A stretch of 22,208 nt of DNA from Catajapyx aquilonaris (Eukaryota): assembly GCA_000934665.2 (NCBI GenBank), contig KZ538316.1:62001-84208 (forward strand), given 5' to 3'. The notes beneath the pieces were generated by a model, which was not told the DNA's origin, searched no databases, and saw only the letters and a list, made by a program, of their open reading frames with translations. The number at the start of each line of letters is the position of its first letter. Position 1 is the first letter of the stretch. Positions 9,234 through 21,295 of this stretch are shown piece after piece. Position numbers and translations under genes: made by a program.

Positions 9234-9437
9234 GCTTACCTGCAAAAGAATAAAAGCGGAGGATTGCATCATGTGTGCATCGAAGTAGACAACATAAAGG
9301 AAGCCATGGAAGAACTGAAAACTAAGAAAATCCGATGCTTAACAGAGGAACCCAAGATTGGGGCGCATGGAAAACCTGTTGTTTTTCTTCATCCCAAGGA
9401 TTGCGCTGGAGTTCTGGTCGAACTTGAACAAGCCTAG
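9234..9437 (+). CDS. MCEE: Methylmalonyl-CoA epimerase, last exon
   Basis: Follows a 60-nt intron; reads AYLQKNKSGGLHHVCIEVDNI...PKIGAHGKPVVFLHPKDCAGVLVELEQA*; TAG at 9435-9437. Not in the ORF track. ATTAAA at 9537-9542 may be the polyA signal. Confidence 0.96.
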   Translation, partial: AYLQKNKSGGLHHVCIEVDNIKEAMEELKTKKIRCLTEEPKIGAHGKPVVFLHPKDCAGVLVELEQA

Positions 9438-9968
9438 TGGACGACAAATACATTGCCGGAGAAACTTAAGAAATTCCAATTATGGACCAGTATTTTTCAT
9501 TGTCTTCTACGATTTATTTTAAATGTACTATCTTGCATTAAATATTAGCATGTCTTTATGAGTAAATCATTGTTGAGTAACCAGTAAATTCAAGGGGTTA
9601 TTCACTAAGGGTAGTCAGTGTACACCTTAGTGGGTAGTCCGGTAGTCCGTGTATGCAGAAAATGTAAGCGAATAACCAGTAAATTACTATGGGGACATTA
9701 CCAGGACTTGTAGTAAAATTAGAATTCATGTAACTAATTTGTTTGTCTTGATGATATGCCTGATTAGGACATTCTCATGGACTCTGCAGGAGTACTATCA
9801 GGGGTGTCCCTTATAGGCTTTGCGAGTCTCAGGGAGTGTCACAAGAAAGGAAGTGGGAGGAGGAGAAGTGTGATCAAGGTTAATCGTCCATACCTTTTGA
9901 AAGGTTGATCTGGTCATGTGATTTAACCAGTTACAGCTATTTATTCCAGTGAAAATGGTATTTCAATT

Positions 9969-11429
9969 GAAGCGTTTCTCAGAAAAACCCCATGTCATCT
10001 TGACAAAATGAGTTAAGGGTAGTATTTACATACTTTCGGAAGCTCTCCATGCAATGCTTCTCTCCGATTTCTGGGGGGAAAAACCTTTGTTGGAGATATT
10101 GAAGGGAAAAATCAGATCCTTCCTACCGTTTCCCACAAAACCCCACATGTCAAGTGTGGTTTCCCGGAAGTATCCCACATATCAGCGGTGACATGTGAGA
10201 TTTTTTTTACAGCAGAGAGGATTAGAAGGCTTCAGGAGTATCTGGTAACACATGGTATGTCCTCAAAATGATCTAAGCAGTACCCCAGGACAACCCCTGC
10301 TCATATCGTTGATGGCATCATGAAACATGTTAAGTCCTTCAAGGCTAGTGTGTGTCGCTACTCGTGCAAGAAAAATTCACTTATGTATTATACCTTCCTG
10401 AAAAGTTTTCCGTCAGCCTCATGCACATAATGTTATAGGATGAAAGGAAGCCAGAACTTCATGTGATTTACTAAGATTACAGGAAGATTTTCATCGATTT
10501 TCATGCAGAATTACAATTTCAAGTTTGGCATGCCTCGAAGGGACACATGCAGTACATGTGACAATTTTGTGTACAGGATTGCAGTGTGTGTCGATGAATC
10601 TGAAAATTCCAAGCTCATGCAGGAAAAGGAACTGCATCTTGCTAAAGCTGAAACGTTTTATCTGGTGTCTAGTTCCTCTACAATCTACATGATGGTGCGC
10701 TCACTCCAATAACCCACGTGTATCCTATAAGAGGATGTTCTCGTCTTCCAAATGATCAGGTGATCAATGAATTTATGCATACAAGCTAATATATGTACAT
10801 ATTTCCATTAAAATAAGGTAGTTTTTGGGAGAATTCCAGAAAAATCCCATATGTCACAAATTTGAAATTAAGATTATGATAATTTAAAATAACATTGTAG
10901 TGTCTAAGTTGCATAGTTGAATGCAAGTGTGTGTCATCTACACTAAAATAATAAAAAAATGGGGAGGCATGGTGGCCGAGTCAGTAACGACTCTGCTTGC
11001 TGAGCGAAAGGTCCCGGGTTCGATCCCAGTCCAGGAGCTCCCTTTGGCCTGCTTCAGGAGGCTCTCTGACCCGCGCGACCTTGGAGGTGTCTGGCAACCT
11101 AACCTCCTGGGTGACTGCACATGGCCCAGCTTGAGACATTGCACTTGCACCAGTGTCCCCTCCCCATATAATCCCCATTCCCTTCCCCATGTCCTTTTCT
11201 TCCTTGCATGATGTTCGAAGAAAATTCAGAAAATAGTGATGGAAAAATGGTGGTGCTCCACCCACCTAAAGGAGCGATGATTCTCCCATGGGGTAAGTAA
11301 AATTTAAATTTAAAAAATTAAAAACAGACTGGCTGAGGCAATTAGTATGACACCAACAGGCAGTTTTTTTTGTTTTCTGAAAAATTGTTGTCACTTGACA
11401 TAATATGGGGTTCTTCCAAGAAACGCTTC
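9969..11429 (+). mobile_element. Sola1-like DNA transposon relic
   Basis: AATT|GAAGCGTTTCT..GAA.AACCCCAT ... ATGGGGTTCTTCCAAGAAACGCTTC|AATT, i.e. a 4-bp AWWT TSD. Internal relic HVKSFKASVCRYS...YRKIF...YNFKFGMPRRDTCSTCD...HLAKAE (about 10320-10665). Confidence 0.78.
10961..11210 (+). mobile_element. tRNA-derived SINE related to family A, nested in the Sola-like element
   Basis: A box TGGCCGAGTCAG; AGGTCCCGGGTTCGATCCCAG B-box region identical to family A; shares GACATTGCAC..GCAC...CCCCTCC. 3' end uncertain. Confidence 0.78.
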
Positions 11430-11716
11430 AATTACTACCCATAGGATTTGTGAATTGTAGCTATTCACATGATTGATTTCAAAATTATAGGTGCTCTATG
11501 AAGTAACTATTGTGATTGAGCAACTTACCTTATACACCTGCAGCTTGGTGGCCAAGAAGTCATGAACCTGAAAAGTATCTAGACCTCTCATCTCACCCTA
11601 GCCCTGATAGCACGTGCAATTATTACTTCCATCTGGCCAATATTTTGTGAGCACTCCCCCAATCAAGATCCCTATGGTTCTACCTATGATATTTAGGAGG
11701 ACTAGCCTCAGAAATA

Positions 11717-12320
11717 CAGTAAAACTTCTATAAGTCGAACTTCCCTAAGTCGAAGTTCTCTGTAAGTCAAAGAAAATGATGAGCTTGGTTGGTCACAATG
11801 TAAAATAATAGGAAATGAACTTCCCTAACTCGAATTTCTATAACTCGAAGTTCTCCATAACTCGAAGTGCTGGCAGGGCCTTACGATGGGATATCAATGC
11901 ATTTCCAGTCTCCCTAAGTCCAAGTTCATGTTGGCGAGTACGGAACATTTTCTCATTTCCCAGCCGAAGGGTCGAGAGTAGGCCACATGTACAGAAAGGC
12001 TTCAATTTCCTGATCTCCGTCTACCACATGTACCACAAGAAGTGTTGGACTCGATTGTGACAATTGATTCCTTGAATCTAAGAGTAGGCAAATGTCCACA
12101 ACAGTGTTTTTTTTTTAAACACCAAAACAACGAGGAACATTGTAAGTGTGATAGTGACAGTTATTTTTAAGTTTTGAAAATCTTTCGTCTCTGGATATAA
12201 AGGTAGGCTTCCTTATAGAGTTCTGTGCTTTAATAAAGCCAAACTTCTCTAACTCAAATCTTCTATAACTCGAAGTTTTTTCCGGGTCCCATGGAGATTC
12301 GACTCATAGAAGTTTTACTG
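11717..12320. mobile_element. pogo/Tigger-like MITE (604 bp)
   Basis: TA|CAGTAAAACTTCTATAAGTCGAA ... TTCGACTCATAGAAGTTTTACTG|TA, with internal reiterations of CTATAACTCGAA/CCTAAGTCGAA. Confidence 0.88.
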
Positions 12321-13121
12321 TATATCAGGTTTAATTAACAAGGTACCTGCAAATTCCCAGAAAAATTAATAACACAACATTAGTTCACAATTGACTAAAA
12401 AAATATATTTGTACAGAATGAATACAGATATACACAAAGGAGTACATGAATCCCCCAATGTGGGGGTTAATCATAATACTTTTGTACACCATGTATAGTT
12501 ATCCTGTAAGTCGGGATGATGGCAAGCAGAAATTATCGCATGAAAACATAATGAATGCAATTTAGCCAAATTAGAAAGTGTACAGCATGATTTCTACACA
12601 ACTTGCCAACAACCATGACATGGCTGAAACTAGGTATGATTTTCATCCACTCGGTACTGTTTTCTTATCCAAACAGAATGAAAATCCTTTAAGCAGAAAC
12701 AAATTACAATAATACTTGGCGCCACTGGAGAAAACCCTCTCAAGGCAATGCAATCCACTTCATTCCATAATTCTTAAATGTAATGCTTGCATTTAATGCC
12801 CTCCTGACATGACACAAGCTACATTCACACCATCACTTCAGGCAATGCATTACCTACAACACCAAATTAGCAGCAACACATCCAAGGATCTGTCCCATAC
12901 GTGCCAAATCAATCTGTATATGTTTGGGCTTCCTCCATTTAAGTGAATAATGTTCATCCCTTCAAAACGTAAATGTGTATCACTGAACCTTAAATACATG
13001 GTTACGAAATTACAGCTCACAGTACAAATAGCTATTCGATGAACAACTGACAAAGCAAAGTTTCAACCAGTGATGTATGTGTCAATGGACAGAAATGCTA
13101 ACTAATGAATATCCCATCTAA

Positions 13122-13328
13122 AGGGGTCTACATACTGGTAGAATGGAGCGGTCCTTGTCCTAGGCCTAAGAATCCATCAATCAGCACAGGCCATTCCATC
13201 CTAGTCCCAGCCCTTTGAAATATTCGATCTGAGGACTTTCTGAAGGCCAGGGACTAGGATGGAATGGCCTGTGCTGATTGGCTGAAAAGGCCTAGGACAA
13301 GTACAGAATGCCAATGTGTGTAGGCCTC
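13122..13328. mobile_element. Palindromic MITE, possibly PIF/Harbinger-like
   Basis: CTTGTCCTAGGCCT...CAATCAGCACAGGCCATTCCATCCTAGTCCC is mirrored at 13250-13301; degenerate outer ends GGGGTCTACATAC / GTGTGTAGGCCTC flanked by TAA/TTA-like bases. Confidence 0.68.
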
Positions 13329-13334
13329 TTAAGA

Positions 13335-13573
13335 TTTCGTTGCAGCCCTTTGTTTTTGTTGGATGTGCCAAAGCAACTAAGACTATCTGGCAATCGTATA
13401 GTGGGCTTTTGGTAGTGGAAGGAAACGGGAGAACCCCGAGAAAACCCACGCAAACACGGCGAGAACCCATCAAAACTCTTTCTGCAAAGTGTCCTCCGCC
13501 CAACCCGTGGATCGAACTCGGGACCTTGGAGGTGGAAGGCGGCGGTGTTAACCACTACGCCACAGTGTCGCCC
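13335..13573 (-). mobile_element. tRNA-derived V-domain SINE (family B), copy 1
   Basis: Minus strand: GGGCGACACTGTGGCGTAGTGGTTA (A box), GAGTTCGATCC (B box), then GTTCTCGCCGTGTTTGCGTGGGTTTTCTCGGGGTTCTCCCGTTTCCTTCCAC, resembling the V-SINE core domain. Confidence 0.82.
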
Positions 13574-14106
13574 TTCGTTGCAGCAGTGGAAAACACTAAG
13601 CCAATGGGTCAATGCTCAACAAAGCAATTAAGAGTAAAAAGAGTCTCACATAGGCCCTTTAATAACACCGTAGTTTTCTGGCATGTCAAATGCAAAGCTC
13701 ACATGCATAACAATTTTCACAATCCCCAGATTCCAAAAATACCATCTTTATTTTGCATCATTTCAGATTACTAGGCCTTTAATCTTCATTTCAATAGAAG
13801 TGTCAGTGCTGAAATATCTTTTTTAGATGTCAGTCAATTGATTACTAAAGCTTACTAGCAACTAAGCCAGTCACATTTCTCTGAACCTACCAGATTAACT
13901 TTATAAATGTGCACAAGTTCAAAATTATACCAATTTTTTATTGAATAATCCACAAAATATTTTCAAAGTTCATTATTCATTTCAGTTGCATTAAAAAATA
14001 TTGGCATAAGGAATTATGCATCCTTTACAAGCATGGTTGCTTGTAAGATATTAGGAATATTGTTCTGCATTTTATTGCGCAAGGCATTTTTATATATGAG
14101 AGCCAT

Positions 14107-14405
14107 TTAGCAAGGAAGGAGTAGGGTTGAGAGGCATCGCAGGAGGCGGGAGGGTGAGCATGGCTGGGGGCAGTGGCTGTGTCGCAAATGCAAGGCTGCT
14201 AGTATTGATTTTTTGGATTTTCTAATGACAGACCAAATGTGGCAGGGAAAGGGGTATGCTGTACCAATCTAACCTTCCTTCCTTGCAGATACAGACGTAT
14301 CTTCAGCCTGACTGTGCCATGTTTGAGACACAGCCACAGCCCCCAGCCACCACCAACCGCCTGGCTGTCGGTGGTGGCGTTTTAACCTACTCTATCCTTT
14401 AGTAA
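14107..14405. repeat. Degenerate inverted repeat / old MITE
   Basis: TGGCTGGGGGCAGTGGCTGTGTCGCAAA (14161-14188) pairs with TTTGAGACACAGCCACAGCCCCCAGCCA (14322-14349); weaker outer pairing GAGTAGG/CCTACTC. Confidence 0.5.
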
Positions 14406-14546
14406 GCTGGTTCAAGGGAGTTAACTGGGCAGTCCGCATACTTTAAATCAATACAAGTTTGTTTAAACTTGCTGGTTTTTCTATATAATTTGTCGTGCTA
14501 CCTAGAATTTTTTACCTATTAATTAGGGCGAAAGATCAAGGCTGAC

Positions 14547-14657
14547 CAGGGATGGAAAAAGAACCGCTTCTTTGGGCGGTAAGCGGTTCTTTTTCTATCC
14601 CTGCACATGGAAAAAAGAAGCGCTTCTTGGAAGGAAGCGGTACTTTTTCCATCCCTG
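14547..14657. mobile_element. 111-bp hAT-type MITE with perfect 8-bp TSD
   Basis: AGGCTGAC|CAGGGATGGAAAAAG ... CTTTTTCCATCCCTG|AGGCTGAC. Confidence 0.88.
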
Positions 14658-14673
14658 AGGCTGACATATCTAT

Positions 14674-14872
14674 GAGTACAATGCTAAACTAAGCAGTGAA
14701 GGCGAAGGGTAGGGGTTGTTTAGTTAGCTCTGAGGCTAAAAGCGGCCATCTTAAAAAAGTGGAACTAGGCAGCAAAAGTGTTGCTCAGTTCAGCAGATTG
14801 ACCAATAGACAAGCTCAGCAGTAATGAAAGCCACTGATTCCTGATTCCACCACTGAGTTTAGCAACGTACTC
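14674..14872. mobile_element. Degenerate MITE of about 200 bp
   Basis: GAGTACAATGCTAAACTAAG vs CTGAGTTTAGCAACGTACTC imperfect TIRs; no clear TSD. Confidence 0.45.
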
Positions 14873-17313
14873 TGTGTTGTCATACTTGCACTACCACATG
14901 CTTGTTGCAAACTGGACTTCTGCTATCTTAGGCAGGATGCATTAGGAATGTTTCGGTGGCTTTCAATCACTTCAGACTCTCTTTTCGCCCAGTTCAATGC
15001 CAAGTGTCCCTCTATACTCTATCTATAGAATATCTTATTTTGAAAATTTGTGAATGCAAAAGCATCCGTGTCAAGTGTACTTATGAGTATTAGCAAGTAA
15101 CTTATAAATTGAAAATAAGCAGGTACTGAACATGCTCTCCAAACGTGACTCCCTTTTCTTAATGCCGCATCTTTTGTGGTGTCACCTTATGAAACATAAA
15201 CCCCACACAAATACACACGATAAATTACATTAGGCAAATTGACAATGCAACACTGGGATGCACCATCGACAACATACATCACCGCATTAAGATTTGGTAG
15301 GCTGTGCACACAGTGGATACTTTTAGCCTAAGATCATCCCTGGTCGTATGAAACAATAGTATGCATCAACGCAAAATTATCACATCTTTTCCACTCACGA
15401 TACACAGCCAAATATTTGGGTGTCGGCTTGCACAAACAACTGTATAAATAGAAGCATTAATATATTGGCACGCATGGGTCCCCTTGTAATGGAAAATGGC
15501 AGCAACACTTTAAGTGAACTTTATTGTCAAATATAATTCATATAAAAACCATGTCTGTCTTGTTTACCTATACAACATTCACAGTGAAACTGTTAAATCA
15601 TAGCAATTCTGCTCCTAGTAATAGGAATGATGTAGCCATACTTGATTGAAGCTTCAACTTCCCAACTTTTGCCCAGCTTATTAAAATCACACTCCATTCA
15701 GATGCCTTTGAACACACATGGTTTAAGCCCATTCTCAAATGGGTAGCTACATCTATAAGCACAGCACACAATTCTGATTTAAATACATTACACCCGGCAC
15801 AATTTCACATGGGAATTTGTACAAGTCGTACCTTTTATGCCTTTACAAAACGTACTTTTCAGCAAAATTGTTGAGTAAAAAATAGTTAAAAATACACCCT
15901 GACCACAGACTGCAGTATAACTGTCAACTGCCACAATTACCATAAAACTTAATCACTTGCACATGTGCTTGTCCCCAACTGGTCTTGAAATCATGTGCAC
16001 ATGGACTGCTTCAAAGCTTCCAACAGTACCATTCTACGTGATTCAAATTCTCAACTACGCTAAATCAGTGTCACCAAATTGTTCACATTTCATAAACTTG
16101 AGTACCCAAATCAAGCAGAAGGGTATTGGTTACAACTGTATGCTTATAGAAAGTCTTATGCACCCTGCCACCAAGCTACTGGTGAAAATGTGGGATTCAA
16201 AATGAAACCGAGGATCATAAACATTCAGATGTGTACACGGAGCATTTGTCAAGCAAGTTTCCATTAAGTTGAGGGACTCATTTCACCCTCTTCATGGAGT
16301 TGGATACTTTTCCCAGTGAAGCCCTCCCTGCTTATCCATAACACTGGCTCCCAAATGCACATCAGAAAAAAATTAATATCTCGCATTTGAATGTCGAAAA
16401 ATTATGATGCTCATTGGTAAGAAAGTTTAATTTAAAATGTGGTCCTTGCATTAAAAAGTTGGAAAAATCCCAAGCGGTAGTTAGTGCATTGCAGATCCCT
16501 AAATAGTTTCTCCCACGTTTCCTTTTTAGGCTCAGATAAACTGCATTATAACTCGCGTTATTTCAGCAGTGTGAGATGACTTTATTCAGAGAATTGCTAT
16601 CACAGTAAATAAATTAATATTGCAAAAGCCCAAAATGACATTTTCAGAGAAAAATCAGCAGCCCGTAATGAAATTGCAGAGCAGATTCAGCTGGAGGGTG
16701 AGATTTGCATGGGGCCACAAGGTTTTGTGCATCATCTATACAATGGAGCCACTGGGTTAAAAAGCAAATGCTTCAGTTCTTTTTTTCTTTTTTTTTCTTT
16801 CTTTTTTAATGTTAGCCTATTAACACAATAAAGATAAACAAAAAAAACACCATTGCACATTCACAATCTCCTTATGATTGAAGCAAAAACGTCAAAAATA
16901 TAGAAAGGAGGTGCCCAGTATAGTGGAATGTAAATACAGACTGATTGTTAACAAGGGACAAAGTCGAGTCAAAATAGCAGTTTCATATGAAAATCTTTTA
17001 AAATCTAAAGGGATCTGTTGCATGATTAATTGGGTTGCAAGCCATTATTACATTTGCCTTCATTTTTATATGGAAATTGACTGCTAGTGATCACATATTA
17101 TAATGAAAGCCCACTGGGTGTGTGCAATGCTTTAAAAAATCCAACTCCATAAAGTGTAGTATTTTAATGTGCCATTTTAGTGGCAACTCATTTGACATAT
17201 TACTCGCAGAGCAGACACTATTATCCATAACTGCCCTCAAGTCTGATGGATCGATGTCAGATAGATTTGCTTCTACTAGCCTCTTTCCCCGCCTCTGTTC
17301 CTCCACTCCAAAA

Positions 17314-17359
17314 GGAGGAGGAGGAGGAGGAGGAGAAGAAGAAGAAAAGAAAAAAAAAA
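17314..17359 (+). repeat. (GGA)n(GAA)n/poly-A simple repeat
   Basis: Directly visible; forms a polypyrimidine tract on the minus strand. Confidence 0.85.
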
Positions 17360-17768
17360 CTGATACATTTCCCCAGGAGGAAAGGAAATGTCAAACATAT
17401 CTGATACATACTGAAGCAATACTTAGCCAGAAGGACTTAGCCATTACGTACCTCCACATATTAATACTCAGTTCTACCAGTAATTATGACCTCCAATAAT
17501 GGCAATGCATGCCAACACATATGCTGTAAAAACTCAACTTTTGCTAAACAGTTTCGCAAATTGTAGGTATGTACTACGTACAATCATGCAGTGATCTTGG
17601 TGTGATAAAAACATTATTACACTCGAGGGTGTTCACTTGGGACAGGGCCACACTGGACCTAATACATGGACTTGAAAATTTCAAAGATATCACTGCTCAT
17701 GATGTATCCTACTTCGAAAACGGCAGTCTACAAATATAGGGTGATTCACCAGGAAGTTGACCCAGGTA

Positions 17769-17868
17769 CTATATCGCCCAAAAAGATAGAGACGATTTTG
17801 CATTTGACTCAAGTGCAACTTGCACTTGAATCAAATGCCAATCGTCTCTATCTTTTTGAGCGATATAG
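17769..17868. mobile_element. 100-bp near-perfect palindromic MITE (TA TSD)
   Basis: TA|CTATATCGCCCAAAAAGATAGAGACGATTTTGCATTTGACTCAAGTGCAA..TGCACTTGAATCAAATGCCAATCGTCTCTATCTTTTTGAGCGATATAG|TA. Confidence 0.85.
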
Positions 17869-17932
17869 TACATGTCTGTAGTTTTCCAATGAATACACTG
17901 GAAACAGATTTTCCATCAAAAGTCACACCTTA

Positions 17933-18329
17933 GGCCCCGGTCACACTAGACCGAATTTCGGCAACGGAAATTCCGTCGCCGAATGATTTTGCACATTTTT
18001 TACACGCCCAATTTCCATCGACCGTGCTGTCACCTTGCTGCCCTTTCAGCTACCAATCCCCTGGTTTCCATGCCAGAAAAGCCCCTTTTCAGTCGGTAGT
18101 GTGGCCTTTCCCGGCGGAATCAATGTATTGCAATGGGATTATTGTCCCTGACCGAATCGGCGGCCCATTTATTCCGTCGTGTCTTCGGCGGGTGCTCGAC
18201 AGAAGGACGGAAATTCTGTCGTGTGTGTCTCCTCCCGACCGAATCCCGTTTACTCTCATGTGTTTGATTTTTTGAGCGGAATGCGCCGAAATTTCTGTCG
18301 CCGAAATTCGGTCTAGTGTGACTGGGGCC
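17933..18329. mobile_element. PIF/Harbinger-type MITE (397 bp)
   Basis: TTA|GGCCCCGGTCACACTAGACCGAATTTCGGC ... GCCGAAATTCGGTCTAGTGTGACTGGGGCC|TTA; TIRs of about 40 bp and a 3-bp TTA TSD; internal GACCGAAT/CGGAAATT reiterations. Confidence 0.9.
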
Positions 18330-18761
18330 TTAAACATTTATCTTGCCAGGAGATGTTGTGTCATGTGGCCCACAAGTTATAGACAGTTAATTGGCATGGT
18401 TGACTGCCACCTAGCCATTTCGTTAGGTGACGCACCGGGCTTTCCCAGTGAAAGCAGTACGACACCCACAGTTGCTGAGTGTGTATTCCTTGGGAAAACG
18501 TATTGGAAGACAAATCATTTAAGATCTGCCAATGTCAGTTTGTTGTGCAATTCAGTGGAAACCGGTTCATAATGTAAAATCACATTTGCACATTTCATAT
18601 TTTCAACGTGTCACCATATAACAAAAAAAAAAGCACGTAATCAGCAATACCCGTTCAAAATTTCCTGTCCATATATCAGATCCAGTATGGTATGAACCTC
18701 AAGAATGGAATTGTCATAATTAAAATTTACCATAGTCAACATCACAGGCATAATGGATATA

Positions 18762-19566
18762 CAGGGTGGAGGGAAATTCGCAGACAATCACCAGGTAGAC
18801 TGATAGTACTAGTAAAACTAATAAAGGGATGTGCAATTAGTTTTGGGCACCGTTGCATAGTTAATGCGTACGCCACCGTCAAGTTTCGTGATGTCAAATT
18901 CGTTCCACCAGCTGTAAAGAAGCAAAAGCCAGCTCGAGGGCATCCGAACAATCCAGCCATGGGTCCGTAACACATCGTCCATGTGCAATAGGTGATCAAA
19001 TCCCATCCAATTAAGAATCCGGGTATGACACCAGTGCACTTGTCACTTTTATCTCATACTAGCTGCGGCACCCGGCGTTGCCTGGGAAGAAATGAATGAA
19101 GGGAACACACCTGCCAGTAGCCCCGTCAAAATTTTCACGCACAGGGAGCCGCCATGACAGTTTTCCCGGCCGTTTTGGACTTGGCAAAAAGTCGACTTTT
19201 GCACGTGCCACCTTGTCCATCTGCTCCTGATTAAGCCGCCGGAGAACAATAGCTCCTCTCCGGCGCTCCCTCCCCCCACCTGCTTACAATCTGGATCTAC
19301 TCTAATTCCACCTCAGCTGCAACCCCTTTCGTCCTTCCCACCCGGACCGCAGATGGCAGGCAAATGGCGGTTGGCAGGCGGACAGACAGACTCACAAACG
19401 GCTTTATTTATATTGATTTTACCATCTAGCCCTCTACACTTTAAAGGCGCCGTACACATTAACTATGCATCAGCGCCCAAAACTAATTGCACATCCCTAT
19501 ATTAGTTTTACAAGTAGGCTACTATAAGTCTGCCTGGCGATTGTTTGAAAGTTTCTCTCCACCCTG
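18762..19566. mobile_element. Tc1/mariner-type MITE with TIRs of about 120 bp, hosting a Helitron
   Basis: TA|CAGGGTGGAG ... CTCCACCCTG|TA; arms share GGGATGTGCAATTAGTTTTGGGC / GCCCAAAACTAATTGCACATCCC. Confidence 0.85.
19059..19416 (-). mobile_element. Non-autonomous Helitron (358 bp)
   Basis: The minus strand starts A|TCAATATAAATAAAG..TCTGTCTGTC and ends with the GC hairpin CCCAGGCAACGCCGGG followed by TGCCGCAGCTAG|T. It has 5'-TC, 3'-CTAG, an A|T insertion site and no TSD. Confidence 0.85.
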
Positions 19567-20656
19567 TATACCAAGGTTACTAAAAACCTGTGATGGTCTC
19601 TCAGCAACCCTCTCTAAATTCCGTGGCTTGAAAATTTTGTTACAAACATAAATTTATGACGTTTCACATTCTCACGTCACATACAATTACAAGTGTACAA
19701 GTGAACCCTTGACCAAATGTACGTGCAATAAAAACAAGGGTGGAGGTAGAGGCAAAAAAATCTATGTTTCAGTTACTGTGCATAGCCATAATTAATGTTT
19801 CTGAAGCACAGAACCATCACATTTCACACACAAAATCACTGCAAAACGTATGATGTATTAAACAGACTATAAAATAAACAAGACAGATATGACAAAAATA
19901 CTGGTAGTAATGTTTGAATAGCTGACTGTGTGTACAAGTCCTGTGAGCCAATCTACACCCTGATTCCATCTCACTTGTATGCTGAATTGAGACTGGAGAC
20001 AGAGGTGACTCAAAACAGATGAGCGACGTCAGACAAGAGGAATGAGCTGCTGAAATTTACGTTACTGCAACGCAGGAAATACCATCATCCACTGCTAAAT
20101 TCTTTGACAACTATTTACATATCCTGCTGTGATGAATTTCAATATCCAAATATGCGAATGTGCCAGCAGTTGCCTAAGCATGTATACATCTCCCGACATA
20201 ATCAGTCTTTATCTCTAGTACAGTTTTCCTTTCCAACGTGACAATTTAAACTCCTGTTATATATAATGCACAAAATAACCTAGCAAGCTGGGTTATTGCT
20301 TCTCCACATTACAAAATTTAATCTTACACAATACATAGTTAAAACAATGCAACCAAATTCTTTGATCCCTTTATAAAACATTCAAAATCTTAAAATCTCC
20401 ACATAAGTGTGAAATTGCTGGGCAGACACACGATCACAGTACTACTATATAACAAAAAAAAATCACTTGAATGGTTTTTACCTTAGTAATCAGAGGTACT
20501 TTCGCATTATTTACAAAAACATACAGACTACTAAGAATCCACAACCCTTCCGCACATCACTTTGGTATACCAACTTCCCTTGCAAGGCTTTACATCACTT
20601 AACTGGCCTCTCTGATTTGCAAACTTGGTCAATTGGCACATGCACACTGCATTCAA

Positions 20657-20658
<2 letters not shown>

Positions 20659-20691
<33 letters not shown>

Positions 20692-20714
20692 NNNNNNNNN
20701 NNNNNNNNNNNNNN
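20659..20714 (+). repeat. (CT)n microsatellite running into a 23-N assembly gap
   Basis: Directly visible. Confidence 0.95.
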
Positions 20715-21295
20715 AAAAAAAAACCTTCATTGTGCACATATTAACACGCGTCCAAGGCTTAAAATTGTTTAAAAATACCCCCGATGATGTTCTACAGCCT
20801 GCTCTGCACTTCTGTGATTTAAGCTACATGTCATGGATTTTGAATCCTTTAATTATTTAAAATATCTCAGTGTGTGCGCACAATCCAGTTCCATCAATTA
20901 CAAACCAACCAGAACCAAATATCAAGCAGACACACCAACTGCTTGTAAAATCTTTTTGAAACAGTATCACTGGGATCATAAGCCAAGGAAAACTATTACT
21001 GCTTAATGTAATTTGAAATCATTCAAATCAGAAAACTAAAATGGACATGCCTCACATTGCCAGGATGCAGATGGGATTTGATTCACAGACAACAATTTGC
21101 ACCTTTCAATCATTTTTGGGGCCATTTCCACTGGACCCTGAAGTCCAAATCTGTTCCAGAACAGGTTCATTTTGGTGTACTTACACAGAACCAATCTACA
21201 CAGGTTTGCTCACAAAGTGAACCATAGGCTATCCAGAGAGATGGCATTATGCCAGATGAAGCTACTTTCTCCTGCACTAAAAGTAACAACAGTCA

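Noticed and set aside
11717..11930. Short reiterated CTATAACTCGAA-type units resembling a CRISPR array
   Set aside because: Irregular 15-16 bp subterminal repeats without unique spacers, inside a pogo/Tigger-like MITE in eukaryotic DNA.
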